64,000 nucleotides of DNA, from IMG/VR virus record IMGVR_UViG_3300044692_000046, positions 1 through 64,000 of that record. The stretch is one strand, 5' to 3'. Below the pieces are notes generated by a model. It saw nothing but the letters and a program-made list of their open reading frames with translations. It searched no databases and was not told where the DNA came from. The translations under genes were made by a program, and so were the position numbers. Of the stretch, positions 43,682 through 53,674 are shown one piece after another. Every line of letters begins with the position of its first letter. Positions within the stretch are counted from its first letter, which is position 1. This DNA comes from a virus.

Positions 43682-44854
43682 TCAGTAACTGGTCGACTGG
43701 AAGTTGTTCAGCGTCGCCTGAACCGCGCCGCCGTCAGTGCTGTTGTAGATGCCGGAGATGGAGTAGTCGGCCTGGACGTAGCCCTGGCCGAGATCGCGCT
43801 TGCCCTTGTACCAGCCGGACTTGCTCATCGTGAACGACAGCTTGTTGCCGCCGAACGCGATCGGCTGGGCCAACGACGCCACGAGCGGCTGCTGCGACCA
43901 CTGCGCGAACAGGTTCAGATCGAGCTGGTTCTCGAAGATGGCCTTGAAAGTTCCATCGCAATCCAACGTCCCGGCGAAGATCTCGCGCGGGATCTGCACG
44001 CCGTTACTGGTGTGCAGAGCTTCCACGGCCCGCTTGATGGTCAGGTCGAGGGTCAGGCCGCGGGTGGAGGCGGTGCCGGCCTGAGTCTGCGTCCACTCCC
44101 AGCCCAGCATCGGCTGATCCTGCGTGTAGGTCTCCGACACGGTGGTCTGCACCGCGCCGGGGAACGCGGTCAGGTCAGCGGTGAGGCTGACGCCCGCCTT
44201 CGGGTCGATCTTGACCTGGAGCTGGCTCATCTTCGCCCCGACGTACCCGAGGTACTGGAGGGTGTCGTAGACGGTCAGCGAGTAGGTGGGCCAGGTCTGG
44301 CCCGGCGACTGCTTGAACAGGTGCGTGGACTGGCTGATCACCGTGCACGTCGGCGCGGTGTGCGCGTACTGGAGCGTGGTCCCGCCGTTCGGGTTCGACG
44401 TGCTGGTCAGCGGGATCGTGTACGGGCCGGCACCCGACGGGGACCCGGTGACCGCGTACTCGGTGTTCGCACCGCCCGTGTCCTGAATCTGAATCGTGGA
44501 ACCGGCGGTGATGGACGCAGTGGTCTGGATGGAGTTCGCGCCAGCCGTCGACGACGTGGACAGGGTGGTGGACACGCCGGCGGTCACCGTGTCAGGGCCG
44601 ATGATGCCGCGCAGCCAGTGCCCGGTCAGCAGCGGGTAGGCGAGCACGTCGATCGACCAGGTGGCCTGCTGCACACCCGGGTACAACCCTTGCAATGTCG
44701 TGTCGTTGCCCCGGATGCTCTCGTCCTTGATGCTCTCCGTGACGTCTTCGAAGTCGCCCTTCGTGAAGGGGACAGCGATCACGGGGCTCTGGTAGGTGTT
44801 CGGCGTCGTCTCCTTGGCGATGCCGAGGGTGGACAGGTGGGAGAGCTGAGTCAC
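43682..44854 (-). CDS. Major tail (tube) protein with internal beta-rich insert
   Basis: LGIAKETT N-terminus, TYSLT, tube-like C-terminus; synteny. Confidence 0.8.
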   Translation of the reverse strand: MTQLSHLSTLGIAKETTPNTYQSPVIAVPFTKGDFEDVTESIKDESIRGNDTTLQGLYPGVQQATWSIDVLAYPLLTGHWLRGIIGPDTVTAGVSTTLSTSSTAGANSIQTTASITAGSTIQIQDTGGANTEYAVTGSPSGAGPYTIPLTSTSNPNGGTTLQYAHTAPTCTVISQSTHLFKQSPGQTWPTYSLTVYDTLQYLGYVGAKMSQLQVKIDPKAGVSLTADLTAFPGAVQTTVSETYTQDQPMLGWEWTQTQAGTASTRGLTLDLTIKRAVEALHTSNGVQIPREIFAGTLDCDGTFKAIFENQLDLNLFAQWSQQPLVASLAQPIAFGGNKLSFTMSKSGWYKGKRDLGQGYVQADYSISGIYNSTDGGAVQATLNNFQSTSY

Positions 44855-45123
44855 GGCGCCGGCTCCTCATCGGTCGCGGCCGACGCGCGGCCAGGCTTGC
44901 GGGGTGGCTTGCTGGGGCCCGCGCCCGTCCCCGGTCCCTCGGCGGAGTCAGGCGCGGGCGGCTCGGGGGTGGGGTTGTCGGCGGGTTCGAACCCGGCGAT
45001 CGGGACCGGCCAGTCGACCTCGCCGCCCGGCGGCACCTCCACCGCGGCGAACACCTCGCCGGTGTCGGGGTCCCGGGTCTCCATCAGGTCGACCGGCCAC
45101 GGGTTGGGGTTGCGTTGCCGCAC
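44851..45123 (-). CDS. Hypothetical structural-region protein
   Basis: GGAGG RBS; GTGA overlap with tail tube. Confidence 0.6.
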   Translation of the reverse strand: MRQRNPNPWPVDLMETRDPDTGEVFAAVEVPPGGEVDWPVPIAGFEPADNPTPEPPAPDSAEGPGTGAGPSKPPRKPGRASAATDEEPAP

Positions 45124-45200
45124 GGCGTCCTCCAAGGCATGCCGAAGAACCCGCCGTGGCGGGCAAGGGGGGTTAGCGGGGTGGGTGAGGGACGCTGCGG

Positions 45201-45719
45201 TCAGGTGACGATCTCGGGGTCGTCCGCGCTGTAGGTGACGCTCGCGGTGAGGATCCCGGCCGGAATGTCCACCTCTGGGTCGCCGTATTGGACGTCGATC
45301 TCCGCCCGGCCGTCCGCCTCGGCGACCGACAAGAACCGACCGCCGTGAGTGTGGTCGTCGCGAAACGCTCGGATCCGCAGCAGCAGATCCTCGACCGCGT
45401 TGTCCAACGCCTGCTGTTCCTGCTCGGCGATGTCAACCGCCTGTGTCGTGGAGCCGATCTTCCAGTACAGCTTCAGTCGGAAGTCGTGCGAGTTGCGGAC
45501 CCGCTGCATCGCCACGCGGTGGCTCTGGAGCCGTGCCCTGGTGACGTAGATGCGGTTGACGGTGGTCTTCGAGGTGCGCGGCACGTACGCCTGCACCACA
45601 TCCCACAGGCCACCCTGCGCCACGACAAGCGCCGGCAGCGTCTGCCCCGTCGTGCCCGATGTGATGGCTGCTCCGGACAGCCAGTCCGCTTCACGCTGCA
45701 CCGCGTCCGCAGAGCTCAC
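45201..45719 (-). CDS. Tail terminator-like protein
   Basis: Synteny; DDHTHGG motif. Confidence 0.6.
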   Translation of the reverse strand: MSSADAVQREADWLSGAAITSGTTGQTLPALVVAQGGLWDVVQAYVPRTSKTTVNRIYVTRARLQSHRVAMQRVRNSHDFRLKLYWKIGSTTQAVDIAEQEQQALDNAVEDLLLRIRAFRDDHTHGGRFLSVAEADGRAEIDVQYGDPEVDIPAGILTASVTYSADDPEIVT

Positions 45720-46231
45720 TTCGCCGCCCTCCCCCGAACCACAGGACGGTGATGGCGGTGCCCGAGCACCTGCTCGCGGTGCCGCCGATGCCGGTTGCGG
45801 TGCTGGTCGATCGTCCGGTGGCGCGTGTCCAGCTTCGCCACCGCCGAGCGCACCGCGGCCTTCCGGCCGTGATGACGCGAGGCTGTTGGATGCTTGGCCT
45901 TCGCGTGTCGGGCCACCGCCGCGCGGTGCTGGATTGACCCGGACCGGTGCCGGCCCTTCAACGCCTTCGAGATCTTCGCCTTCGTGGCCGCCGACAGCTT
46001 GTGCCCGACGTGATGCCTACCGCGCAACGCCGCCGAGATCTTCGCCTTGGTCGCGGCGCTTAGCCGGTGGCCTTTGTGGTGCCGGCCGCGCAGAGCCTTC
46101 GAAATCTTCGCGCGGGCCGCCGCCGACATCGGATGGCCCTTGTGGGGGCGCTTCTTGCCCTTCATCCGCGCGGACATCTTCGCCCGCGCCACCGCGGACA
46201 GGTGGTAGCCCTTGCGGTGCTTCCACGCCAC
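45716..46231 (-). CDS. Highly basic protein with four NUMOD3-like repeats
   Basis: HKGH(R/P/K)(L/M)SAA(T/A)(K/R)AKISxALxGRH repeats, about 22-aa period. Confidence 0.7.
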   Translation of the reverse strand: MAWKHRKGYHLSAVARAKMSARMKGKKRPHKGHPMSAAARAKISKALRGRHHKGHRLSAATKAKISAALRGRHHVGHKLSAATKAKISKALKGRHRSGSIQHRAAVARHAKAKHPTASRHHGRKAAVRSAVAKLDTRHRTIDQHRNRHRRHREQVLGHRHHRPVVRGRAAK

Positions 46232-46234
46232 GGC

Positions 46235-46894
46235 TCAGCCCCGCGCGTAGTCGGCGAGCATCCCGATCGCCTCTTCCCGCAGCAGGTCCGGGTCGTGCTG
46301 GCTGGAGCCGGGCTCCAGCTCCCGCACAGCGATCGCGCCCGCCATGAACTTCGCGGCCTGCGCCAGGTCCCACGGGATCGTGGAGTAGCCGCCCGAGTAG
46401 GTGCAGACGATGGTGGTGCCGGGCGGCACGAAGGTTCCGAGCTGAAACCGGACATGCCCCGTGTCGGGCTCGTACTGGATCTGGCTGGTCACCACGTCTT
46501 GGTCGCCGGAGAACGACCGGCGCAGCAGGATCGAGGTGATGCTGCCACTCCACAGTTCTGGGTAGCGGGGAGGGAACTCCCGCACCCAGAAGTGCCGGAC
46601 CAGCAGCGTCGAGCCCAGCGACATGGCCCGCGAGAACCCGAGTTGTGAGGTGGGGTCCAGCGGCACGTACGCGTCGAGGGCGTCTTCCACGTCGAGGGCG
46701 TCGGCGCGCTGCGTCTCGACCACGTTGGTGAACGGGGCGAGCCGCCGGTCACACACCGACTCGCAGGCCCGGGTCGCCGCGTACAGCAGGTCGTTCTGCG
46801 GCTGGCCGTTGGCGTAGGTGCGGAACAGGTCCGCCAACGGCCCCTCCGTGAGCTGTGCCCACGTGCACAGCGGCGTCGGCGCGTCAGCGGGCAT
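46235..46894 (-). CDS. Head-to-tail adaptor
   Basis: ATRACESVCDR...YSGGYSTIPWDLAQA...LADY. Confidence 0.75.
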   Translation of the reverse strand: MPADAPTPLCTWAQLTEGPLADLFRTYANGQPQNDLLYAATRACESVCDRRLAPFTNVVETQRADALDVEDALDAYVPLDPTSQLGFSRAMSLGSTLLVRHFWVREFPPRYPELWSGSITSILLRRSFSGDQDVVTSQIQYEPDTGHVRFQLGTFVPPGTTIVCTYSGGYSTIPWDLAQAAKFMAGAIAVRELEPGSSQHDPDLLREEAIGMLADYARG

Positions 46895-46897
46895 CAG

Positions 46898-47170
46898 CTA
46901 CTCCTCGACAGCGGTGCGCCGTCGGTAGGCGCGCTTCGCCGGCTTCTCCTCGGCCTGCTCGCCATCCTCGGCGTGCGTCTCCGGCTCCTGCGCCTTGCCC
47001 TTCGCCGCCTTCGGGGGCTCGTCCACCTCCGAGAACCCGCCGCCCGGGATGTCCAGCAGCGATTCGCCCAGGTCGTCGGGCACCTCGATCACGTCCCCGT
47101 TGTTCTTCCACTCGAAGACCTGCCCGCCGCGGTAGCCGCAGGAGCCCGCCTTCGCCTTCCGGATCCACAT
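46898..47170 (-). CDS. Small protein following capsid gene
   Basis: GDVIEVPDD plus charged tail; RBS. Confidence 0.65.
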   Translation of the reverse strand: MWIRKAKAGSCGYRGGQVFEWKNNGDVIEVPDDLGESLLDIPGGGFSEVDEPPKAAKGKAQEPETHAEDGEQAEEKPAKRAYRRRTAVEE

Positions 47171-47253
47171 GGGTCCGTGCACCTCTTCCTCATGGGTAGG
47201 TGGGCAGGATCCGGCCCGGCCGCGCTCTTCCACACGGCCGAGCCGGACCTGGC

Positions 47254-48663
47254 TCAGATGGAGCTCACGATGCCGTGGCCCCGGCCCACGTACTTCGGAC
47301 CCCGCAGAGCGAGGGCCGTGTCCGTGACCAGCGCGAACGGCAGGGTGTCGGGGCTGGTGACAGTCGGCGCCAGCGGGATCACCTGCATGTCCCGGGTGTA
47401 CGGGCGGACCATGAAGTTCGGGTCCCGCGGGATCAGGTAGATGTCCTCGACCGGGTTCGCCGAGCCGTTCAGGCGGGCGAACATGTTGCCGAGCACGCCG
47501 CCCGCGCCGACGCCCTGGTAGGCGGCGGCCTGCGCGGTGCCGGTGTTGCCGGAGGAGTTGGTCAGCAGCGCCGCGCCGGTGTCGATGATCGACGTGGTGG
47601 CGGTGCCGGTGGTGTCGAACGCGTCGACCACGCCCACGAACACCGGCGTGCCAGCCGCGCCCGTCGACCGGTACACCTTGTACAGGATCGGGGTGAGGCC
47701 GTCAGGGAAGTTCGTCGGCGTCGAGAACGACAGGGTGACGGTGCTGGTCGAGCCGGTGGTGGTCTGGGTGACCTCCGCGCTGGCCAGCGTCTCACCGAAC
47801 CGGGCCACGACCGCCGACACCGAGTACCGGTAGGTCGCCGCCGCCAGCGTGCCGCCCGTGGTGGCGGTCGCCGTCGACACGGTGCTCATCGCCGTGGACC
47901 GGGGGCTCAGGAACGACGACTTCACCAGCGGGATGTCGCGGTAGGACGGCACGTTCAGACCGGCGGCGATCTCGACGGTCGGCGCCATGAACCGCTGCTG
48001 GTTGGTCAGCAGCTGCCCGACGCTGGACACCATGCGCGGCGACATCACGAACATCCAGTCCGAGCCGATCGGCTGGCCGGCGTTGGTCTCCACCAGGTCG
48101 ATGATCTCGTCGAGGTTCTTCAGGGCGAGGGTGCCGCCACCCGACGCCGACGCGTACTCGATCGCGTTGACGTAGGCGTTGGAGCCGGTGCCCTGGGAGA
48201 AGTTCGCGGCCAGGTAGTCTAGGCCGGAGCAGATCGGGTAGGCGCCGGCGCTGGTGGCGCCGTCGTTGCCCCACACGAACGCGTTCTCCACCGACCACAG
48301 CATCGACTGGACAGTGCCGTCGACTTCGAGCTGCCGCAGATCGCCCACCAGGTCGCGGGTGACGGTCTGCGCGAAGCCGGTCACCGACCCGACGGCCTGG
48401 AACAGCCTGATGTTGTAGACGGCCTGCTCGTAGGTGGAGTTGCCGATCGGGCGGGCGCCGCCGTCGACCACGCCGCCGGCGTCGGGCCGGTTCACCCGGC
48501 GGTTGAAGAAGTACTGGGTGGAGCCCCACTGCTTGCTGGGCAGCGCGCGCAGCAGAGGCGCGTAGCGGCGCTGGTACTCCAGCAGGAGCGGGTCGATCTG
48601 CTTCTGGATCAGGGGGGTAACTGACGCCGCAGCGGTCAGAGCCTCCTGGAGTTCGGTGGGCAC
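47254..48663 (-). CDS. Major capsid protein with internal Ig/Fn3-like domain
   Basis: Synteny after protease/scaffold; TYRYSVSAV...GET...TVTLSF...YKVYR insert. Confidence 0.85.
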   Translation of the reverse strand: MPTELQEALTAAASVTPLIQKQIDPLLLEYQRRYAPLLRALPSKQWGSTQYFFNRRVNRPDAGGVVDGGARPIGNSTYEQAVYNIRLFQAVGSVTGFAQTVTRDLVGDLRQLEVDGTVQSMLWSVENAFVWGNDGATSAGAYPICSGLDYLAANFSQGTGSNAYVNAIEYASASGGGTLALKNLDEIIDLVETNAGQPIGSDWMFVMSPRMVSSVGQLLTNQQRFMAPTVEIAAGLNVPSYRDIPLVKSSFLSPRSTAMSTVSTATATTGGTLAAATYRYSVSAVVARFGETLASAEVTQTTTGSTSTVTLSFSTPTNFPDGLTPILYKVYRSTGAAGTPVFVGVVDAFDTTGTATTSIIDTGAALLTNSSGNTGTAQAAAYQGVGAGGVLGNMFARLNGSANPVEDIYLIPRDPNFMVRPYTRDMQVIPLAPTVTSPDTLPFALVTDTALALRGPKYVGRGHGIVSSI

Positions 48664-48772
48664 GAGAGGGTTCTCCTCACAATTCAGGCCCGCACGAGGC
48701 GGGCCTGCGAGTGGTCAGGGCATGACGAAGGCCCCGCGTCGGGCGGGGCCTTGGGGTGGCGCTGGACGGGGG

Positions 48773-50581
48773 CTACTGCTGGTCGGACGGTGCCACCGGG
48801 ATCGGCGCCTGCTGGCCGATGCCCAGGTTCGCCCAGACGTCGCTGCGGTTCTTCCACAGCTCCTCGGGGGTCGGCTCCTTGCTGTCCGCCGACTCGGTGG
48901 TGCGGTAGCCGCGGCGCGGCGGCAGGCCGAAGTCTCGGCGCAGCTCGTCGCGCAGGTCGTCCTTGATCCCGCTCATCGCGTCCTTGACCGCCTCACGGGC
49001 CGTGGTGGCCACCTCCTGGGCCAGGTTCACCGTCTCGCTGGCGTCCGCCTTCGTGGTGCTCTCGGCGGTGATCGCCTGCTCCGTGGTGTCGCTGGCGCCG
49101 GGGGCCGGCGCGGTCTCGGTGCTGGTGGCGCTGGTGTCGGCGGCGGGGGCCGCCGGCTTGCCGACCGCGGCGAGCAGCTGCTGGAACTGGTCCGGGGTGA
49201 AGGTCACCACGGGCGTGTTCGCGGTGGGCTGCTCGGCCGGCTGGTCGGTGGTCTCGGAGGTGGCGACCGCCTCGGCGGCCTTGTCGGACTCGCTCACGGC
49301 GGTCTCCTCGGGGGTCGTTTCGGTCGTGGTGGTCTCCTCCGCCTGCGCGGGCGGGGAAGTCTCGGTGGCGGGCTGGGCGGCGGGCATGGTGGCCTCGGCC
49401 GTCTTCTGGTCGGCGCGCAGCTTCGCGGCGACCGCCTCGGCGATCTGGTCCACGGTCGGCGCCGCCGACTCCATGTCGTTGTCGTTGGGCGCCTCGCCCA
49501 TGTCGCCGTCGGTGTCCGCCCCGGGTGCGCCCGGCACGTCGATGTCGGCGTCCATGTCCGGGTCCATCGCCTTCAGCGCCTGGCACGCCGCGTCCATCGC
49601 CGCCTTCGCGATGACCTCCAGCTCGCCGGACTCGATGCCGTCGTAGGCGTAGATGGAGATGTGGATCGGGCCGTTGTTCGCGCTGATCGAGAAGCCGGCG
49701 CGGCCGTCGTCGTAGCAGCACTCCTGCACCGGCTCGAACGTGGATTCGGCGGCGAGGGTCCGCGCGGCGGGGTCGGTCATGGTGGCGGTCTCCTTGCTCA
49801 CCTGGACGCCGAAACCCTTCAGCGCCTTCACGATGCGGGCCTTGATGCGCTTGAGCTGTGTGGAGGTGTAGAGCTTGGCGTTGTCGGCCTGGTTGATGTA
49901 GGACCAGGCGGCCTTCGCCCGGGACTTGGTGTCCAGTGGGTAGCGCTTCTGCTTGTCCTTCTGGTAGCCCGGGTCGGCGTATGTGACGTTGCCGTAGGGC
50001 TTCTTGTTTGCCTCATCGGCAGTCACGTCGACCTCCTCGACGACCAGGGCGACGGTGGCGTCCACGGCTTCACTGATCAGTACCCGCGACTCCGCAGCCT
50101 CGGAAGCGGTCAGGTTCACGCTGTCCAGCCGCGAGGCTGGAACCCCCGGGAAGTGGGTGAAGTCCAGGGCGTTGATCTCCAGGTCGTCGCCGGTCTCGAC
50201 CGGCTCCCCGTCGTGGTCGACCTGGCGGGTCGGGCCGAGCCACCAGCCGTAGATGGAGGTGTTGCGTAGCGGCCCCGACGTCTTCTTGTCACCGAGCAGC
50301 GCGGCGATGTCCTTGCCGGCCTGCGACGAGTACAGCTGCGCCTCGTACTTCGCCGAGCCGTCACCGACCTGCTTGATCGCGGTGATGTGCCCGACGATGC
50401 GGGTCGAGTCGTCTCCGGCGCCGTGGTGGGAACGCATCACCACCGGCTCAGCGTCAGCATCCGCGAGCCGGGCCCGCATCCGCTCCACGGCCTTGCCGAT
50501 GATCTCCTTGGTGTACAGGCGCCCGTTGCGGGACACACCCGGGGCGAGCATCGTGCCGGAGATGGTGCCAAGAACCCCCAT
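48773..50581 (-). CDS. Prohead protease/scaffold fusion
   Basis: PGVSRNGRLYTKE, SH, TSIYG, ALDFTHFPGV; YADPGY..KRYPLDT..AAWSYIN domain; acidic scaffold tail. Confidence 0.8.
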   Translation of the reverse strand: MGVLGTISGTMLAPGVSRNGRLYTKEIIGKAVERMRARLADADAEPVVMRSHHGAGDDSTRIVGHITAIKQVGDGSAKYEAQLYSSQAGKDIAALLGDKKTSGPLRNTSIYGWWLGPTRQVDHDGEPVETGDDLEINALDFTHFPGVPASRLDSVNLTASEAAESRVLISEAVDATVALVVEEVDVTADEANKKPYGNVTYADPGYQKDKQKRYPLDTKSRAKAAWSYINQADNAKLYTSTQLKRIKARIVKALKGFGVQVSKETATMTDPAARTLAAESTFEPVQECCYDDGRAGFSISANNGPIHISIYAYDGIESGELEVIAKAAMDAACQALKAMDPDMDADIDVPGAPGADTDGDMGEAPNDNDMESAAPTVDQIAEAVAAKLRADQKTAEATMPAAQPATETSPPAQAEETTTTETTPEETAVSESDKAAEAVATSETTDQPAEQPTANTPVVTFTPDQFQQLLAAVGKPAAPAADTSATSTETAPAPGASDTTEQAITAESTTKADASETVNLAQEVATTAREAVKDAMSGIKDDLRDELRRDFGLPPRRGYRTTESADSKEPTPEELWKNRSDVWANLGIGQQAPIPVAPSDQQ

Positions 50582-50584
50582 CGG

Positions 50585-51037
50585 TCAGCCCACCTGCCGG
50601 GCCACGATCGTCGCGCTGTAGACCGCTGACGCGCCGCCCGCGCCGATGGCCTTCACCGCGAGGGTGTCCGATGCGGCGGCCGACACAACCAGCACCGTGG
50701 GCTGCGGGAACGCGTTCGCGGTCGCCGGCATCAGGATCGGGTTGAGCACGTCGACGGCGTTCTGCACCAGCTTCACGTTGTTGGCGTCGCCGGCCGCGAC
50801 AGTGCCGGACAGGAACACCGAGACCGTGACCTCCCACATGCCGGCGGTCGGGATCGTCACGTTCCCCGCGACCGTTGCCCCCGCGGCGGGCGCTGTGGCG
50901 GTGCCGGACTTCTGCTGGGTGGCGTGCGAGTCGCGGGTCAGCGGCACGGGTGTGCCCGTGAACACCGGCAGCGAGCCGCCGACTGCGAGGGAGTTGCCGG
51001 TGTCGTCGACCAGCGTGACGACCGGGTTGTGAGGCAT
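50585..51037 (-). CDS. Hypothetical beta-rich virion protein
   Basis: GGAGG RBS; Thr/Ala/Val-rich. Confidence 0.65.
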   Translation of the reverse strand: MPHNPVVTLVDDTGNSLAVGGSLPVFTGTPVPLTRDSHATQQKSGTATAPAAGATVAGNVTIPTAGMWEVTVSVFLSGTVAAGDANNVKLVQNAVDVLNPILMPATANAFPQPTVLVVSAAASDTLAVKAIGAGGASAVYSATIVARQVG

Positions 51038-51045
51038 CGGTCCTC

Positions 51046-51969
51046 CTAGGCTGGGGCGAGGATGCAGCGGCAGCTGGGGTGCAGGGGCGGGCTGGGGGCG
51101 TTGAGGGGCGTGTACGGGGAGTTCGCCTCAGCGTCGTCGCAGGCCGGGCACACACGCGTGTCGCCCGCGGTGAGGAAGTTGACGGCCTGCACACCAGAAG
51201 CGAGGTAGCGGGCGGCCATGCCCGCCAGGTAGGCGGCGGAGATCGCGGTGTCGAGGTCCACGTGCAGGGAGCGTGGGTCGTCGAGGGTGTCGGACAGGTC
51301 CCCGTCGAGGCCGTCGTCGCCCGGCTCGTAGCCGTCGGCCGTCAACTCCCACGCCACCCGGTCGGAGGTGTGGTCGAGGATCCCGAACAGCAGCTGCTGA
51401 GCGGCGGCGTTCGCCTGATCGTCGTCGAGCCGGGGCACGTCCCCGCCGTCGAGACTCGCCGGGTCCACACCGGCCTGCTGGGCGACCAGTGCGAGCCCGG
51501 CGTCCCAGCCGTGCTGCTGCGCCGACCGCAGACCGGCCGCGACCACGGCCACCAGCGAGGCCCAGCCGGAGCGGCGGGCCAGCAGCATCAGTGCCGCGAG
51601 GATCGCCGCCGTGGCCTGCTGCTGGCGGCGCTGCCGGTCGTCGTCCGCCTCACCCAACCCGAGCAGCGTGCGCAGATGCTCGGCCAGAGCCGTGGTGTCG
51701 AGGTCGGCGAGCAGGTCCCGCCACGCCGTGCTGACGTCCGCGTCGACCTGCCGGTGGAGGGTTTCCCGTTTGGCGTAGATGTCCGCCCAGGTGCCTTCCA
51801 GCTCGCCCAGCTTGAGGGTGACCTCCAGGACATCCGGCTGGTCGGCGTGCTCGACTGCGAACTCGACCGCGGCGAGACAGCCGGCCTTGACCCGTTCGGT
51901 CATCGGACCGCCCGACGACGCCCAGCCCTGGGCGAACGCGGTGCGGGCGTACGGGACGATCGGGTGCAC
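51046..51969 (-). CDS. MuF-like head morphogenesis protein
   Basis: GDTRVCPAC...PPLHPSCRC C-terminus after portal. Confidence 0.8.
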   Translation of the reverse strand: MHPIVPYARTAFAQGWASSGGPMTERVKAGCLAAVEFAVEHADQPDVLEVTLKLGELEGTWADIYAKRETLHRQVDADVSTAWRDLLADLDTTALAEHLRTLLGLGEADDDRQRRQQQATAAILAALMLLARRSGWASLVAVVAAGLRSAQQHGWDAGLALVAQQAGVDPASLDGGDVPRLDDDQANAAAQQLLFGILDHTSDRVAWELTADGYEPGDDGLDGDLSDTLDDPRSLHVDLDTAISAAYLAGMAARYLASGVQAVNFLTAGDTRVCPACDDAEANSPYTPLNAPSPPLHPSCRCILAPA

Positions 51970-52060
51970 CGCCCACCCCCGAAGCGTCAGCCGATTTGCT
52001 TGGAGATGAGCGGCAGCACATCCTGCGCGCGGGTTGGATGGCCGGGGTTCGTAGCACCGT

Positions 52061-53674
52061 TCATGACGCCTCCTTCGCCGGGTCAGGAAGCTCCCTCAGC
52101 GCCTGCCGGCGCCTCGCCCGGTACGTGTGCTGCCACGACTCGGACAGGCGGCGAGCGTCGCGCTGGTAGGCGTCCTCGCGGGGTGCTTTGCCCTGCGCGG
52201 CGTCGTCCGGACCGCCCGGCCGGTTATCGGGGGACTCGTCGTCCGAGGGCGGGTTGTCCTGCCCGGCGAATGGCTTCAGCACGTCCGGCACCGGGGCCGG
52301 CTCGGGCTTCTCCACGCTGATCGGCTCGCCCTGTTTCGGCTCGCTCGGCTCCAGCGCTGAGCCTTTCAGCTTGGCCGCCACGCCTGCCTTCGACATGGCC
52401 TCCATGTCCGACCACAGCACCAGGTTCTGCCGGTCCACCAGCACCGCCGCGTCACCGCCGTCGACTGGCGGTTCGCCGATCTCGTCGCGGTAGCGGTTCA
52501 GGACGTACGAGCCGTTGCGGAGCCGCATGTCGCGGATCTCCTCGACCACCTTCGAGTCCCGGTAGTCGATCTCGTTGAACTCCAGGTGCCAGTCGGTGAT
52601 CCCGAAGCCGACCTGCAGCAGGATGTAGTTCAGCTTCTCCAGCACGAGCGACTGCACCGGCAGGACCGTGTTCACCCGGAACGTCTTGTCCTGGCCTTCT
52701 GCCGTACCGCCGCCGAGGTTGCCGGACTCGATGATGCCCAGCTTCGCAGGCGGCACCCCGAAACAGGCGATGATCTCGTCCCGCAGCTGCTTCGACGCGG
52801 CCAGGTAGTCGGTGACCTTCCGCGGGTCCAGCACCGACACGGCGCCGTTCTTGGTGGTGATGACCGGCGTACCCACGGCCTTCGGGCCGAGGTTGAACAC
52901 CCGGTACTTCTCCCGCCACTGCTGCACCTCGGGATCCTGGTAGGAGCCCAGGTCCACGTGCAGGCGCGGCGGGTCACCCTGCCGGAAGTTCTCCTTGATC
53001 GTCGCCTCGGTGAACAGCCACGCCGTCACCGGCAACAGCGCCTTCTGCGCTGGCGACACCCCGTACACGCCGCCCCGGGGGGCGTCGAGTGAGATGTGGA
53101 TGACCTGCTCGGGCTTGAACTCGGCCTTACGCACCCCGTCCACGGCTTGCACGTAGCCGGACACCTCGCCGTGCTGGTCGGTGACCGCCGTCATCGTCGT
53201 CGCGTCCAGGGTGTACAGCGCGACCGGCTCACCCAGCAGCCACACCACCTCGATGAACGCGTCCCCGAACAGCTTCAGGTCCGTGACCGTGTTGCGCAGC
53301 AGCTGGACCATGTCCTCACGCGGGTTGACGAACTTCATCAGCCGCGTCAGCCGCTGCACCACCGGAGGCTGCGGCGGCACCTTCCCTTCGGGAACGTCGT
53401 TGTCGTACACCACCTGCACGCCGCCGGCCGTCACCGTCCGGGCGATCAGATCGATCGGCGCCGACACCCACGGGCACGTCAGATACGCCTGGTGCAGCTG
53501 GGTGAGGATCTGCAGCCGCTCCTGCGACTCCGCGACCTGCGCTGTCGGGGAGGAAGCGCTGAGACTGACTCCGTACTCGAACCCGACCCGCTTCACCTGC
53601 GCCGCGCTCGGCTGCTCCGCCGGGGCGGCGAGCTTCTCCGACAGCCAGCGTCGCGCCCGCTCTACAGCGCCCAC
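52061..53674 (-). CDS. Portal protein
   Basis: LFGDAFIE, VIHI, YGVSP, IIACFGVPPAKLG, NRYRDEIGEPPVDGGD. Confidence 0.92.
   Translation of the reverse strand: MGAVERARRWLSEKLAAPAEQPSAAQVKRVGFEYGVSLSASSPTAQVAESQERLQILTQLHQAYLTCPWVSAPIDLIARTVTAGGVQVVYDNDVPEGKVPPQPPVVQRLTRLMKFVNPREDMVQLLRNTVTDLKLFGDAFIEVVWLLGEPVALYTLDATTMTAVTDQHGEVSGYVQAVDGVRKAEFKPEQVIHISLDAPRGGVYGVSPAQKALLPVTAWLFTEATIKENFRQGDPPRLHVDLGSYQDPEVQQWREKYRVFNLGPKAVGTPVITTKNGAVSVLDPRKVTDYLAASKQLRDEIIACFGVPPAKLGIIESGNLGGGTAEGQDKTFRVNTVLPVQSLVLEKLNYILLQVGFGITDWHLEFNEIDYRDSKVVEEIRDMRLRNGSYVLNRYRDEIGEPPVDGGDAAVLVDRQNLVLWSDMEAMSKAGVAAKLKGSALEPSEPKQGEPISVEKPEPAPVPDVLKPFAGQDNPPSDDESPDNRPGGPDDAAQGKAPREDAYQRDARRLSESWQHTYRARRRQALRELPDPAKEAS

Noticed and set aside
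44981-44997. tRNA T-arm-like GCGGGTTCGAACCCGGC as att core
   Set aside because: Antisense of coding sequence (AGFEPA) inside the structural operon with no acceptor stem
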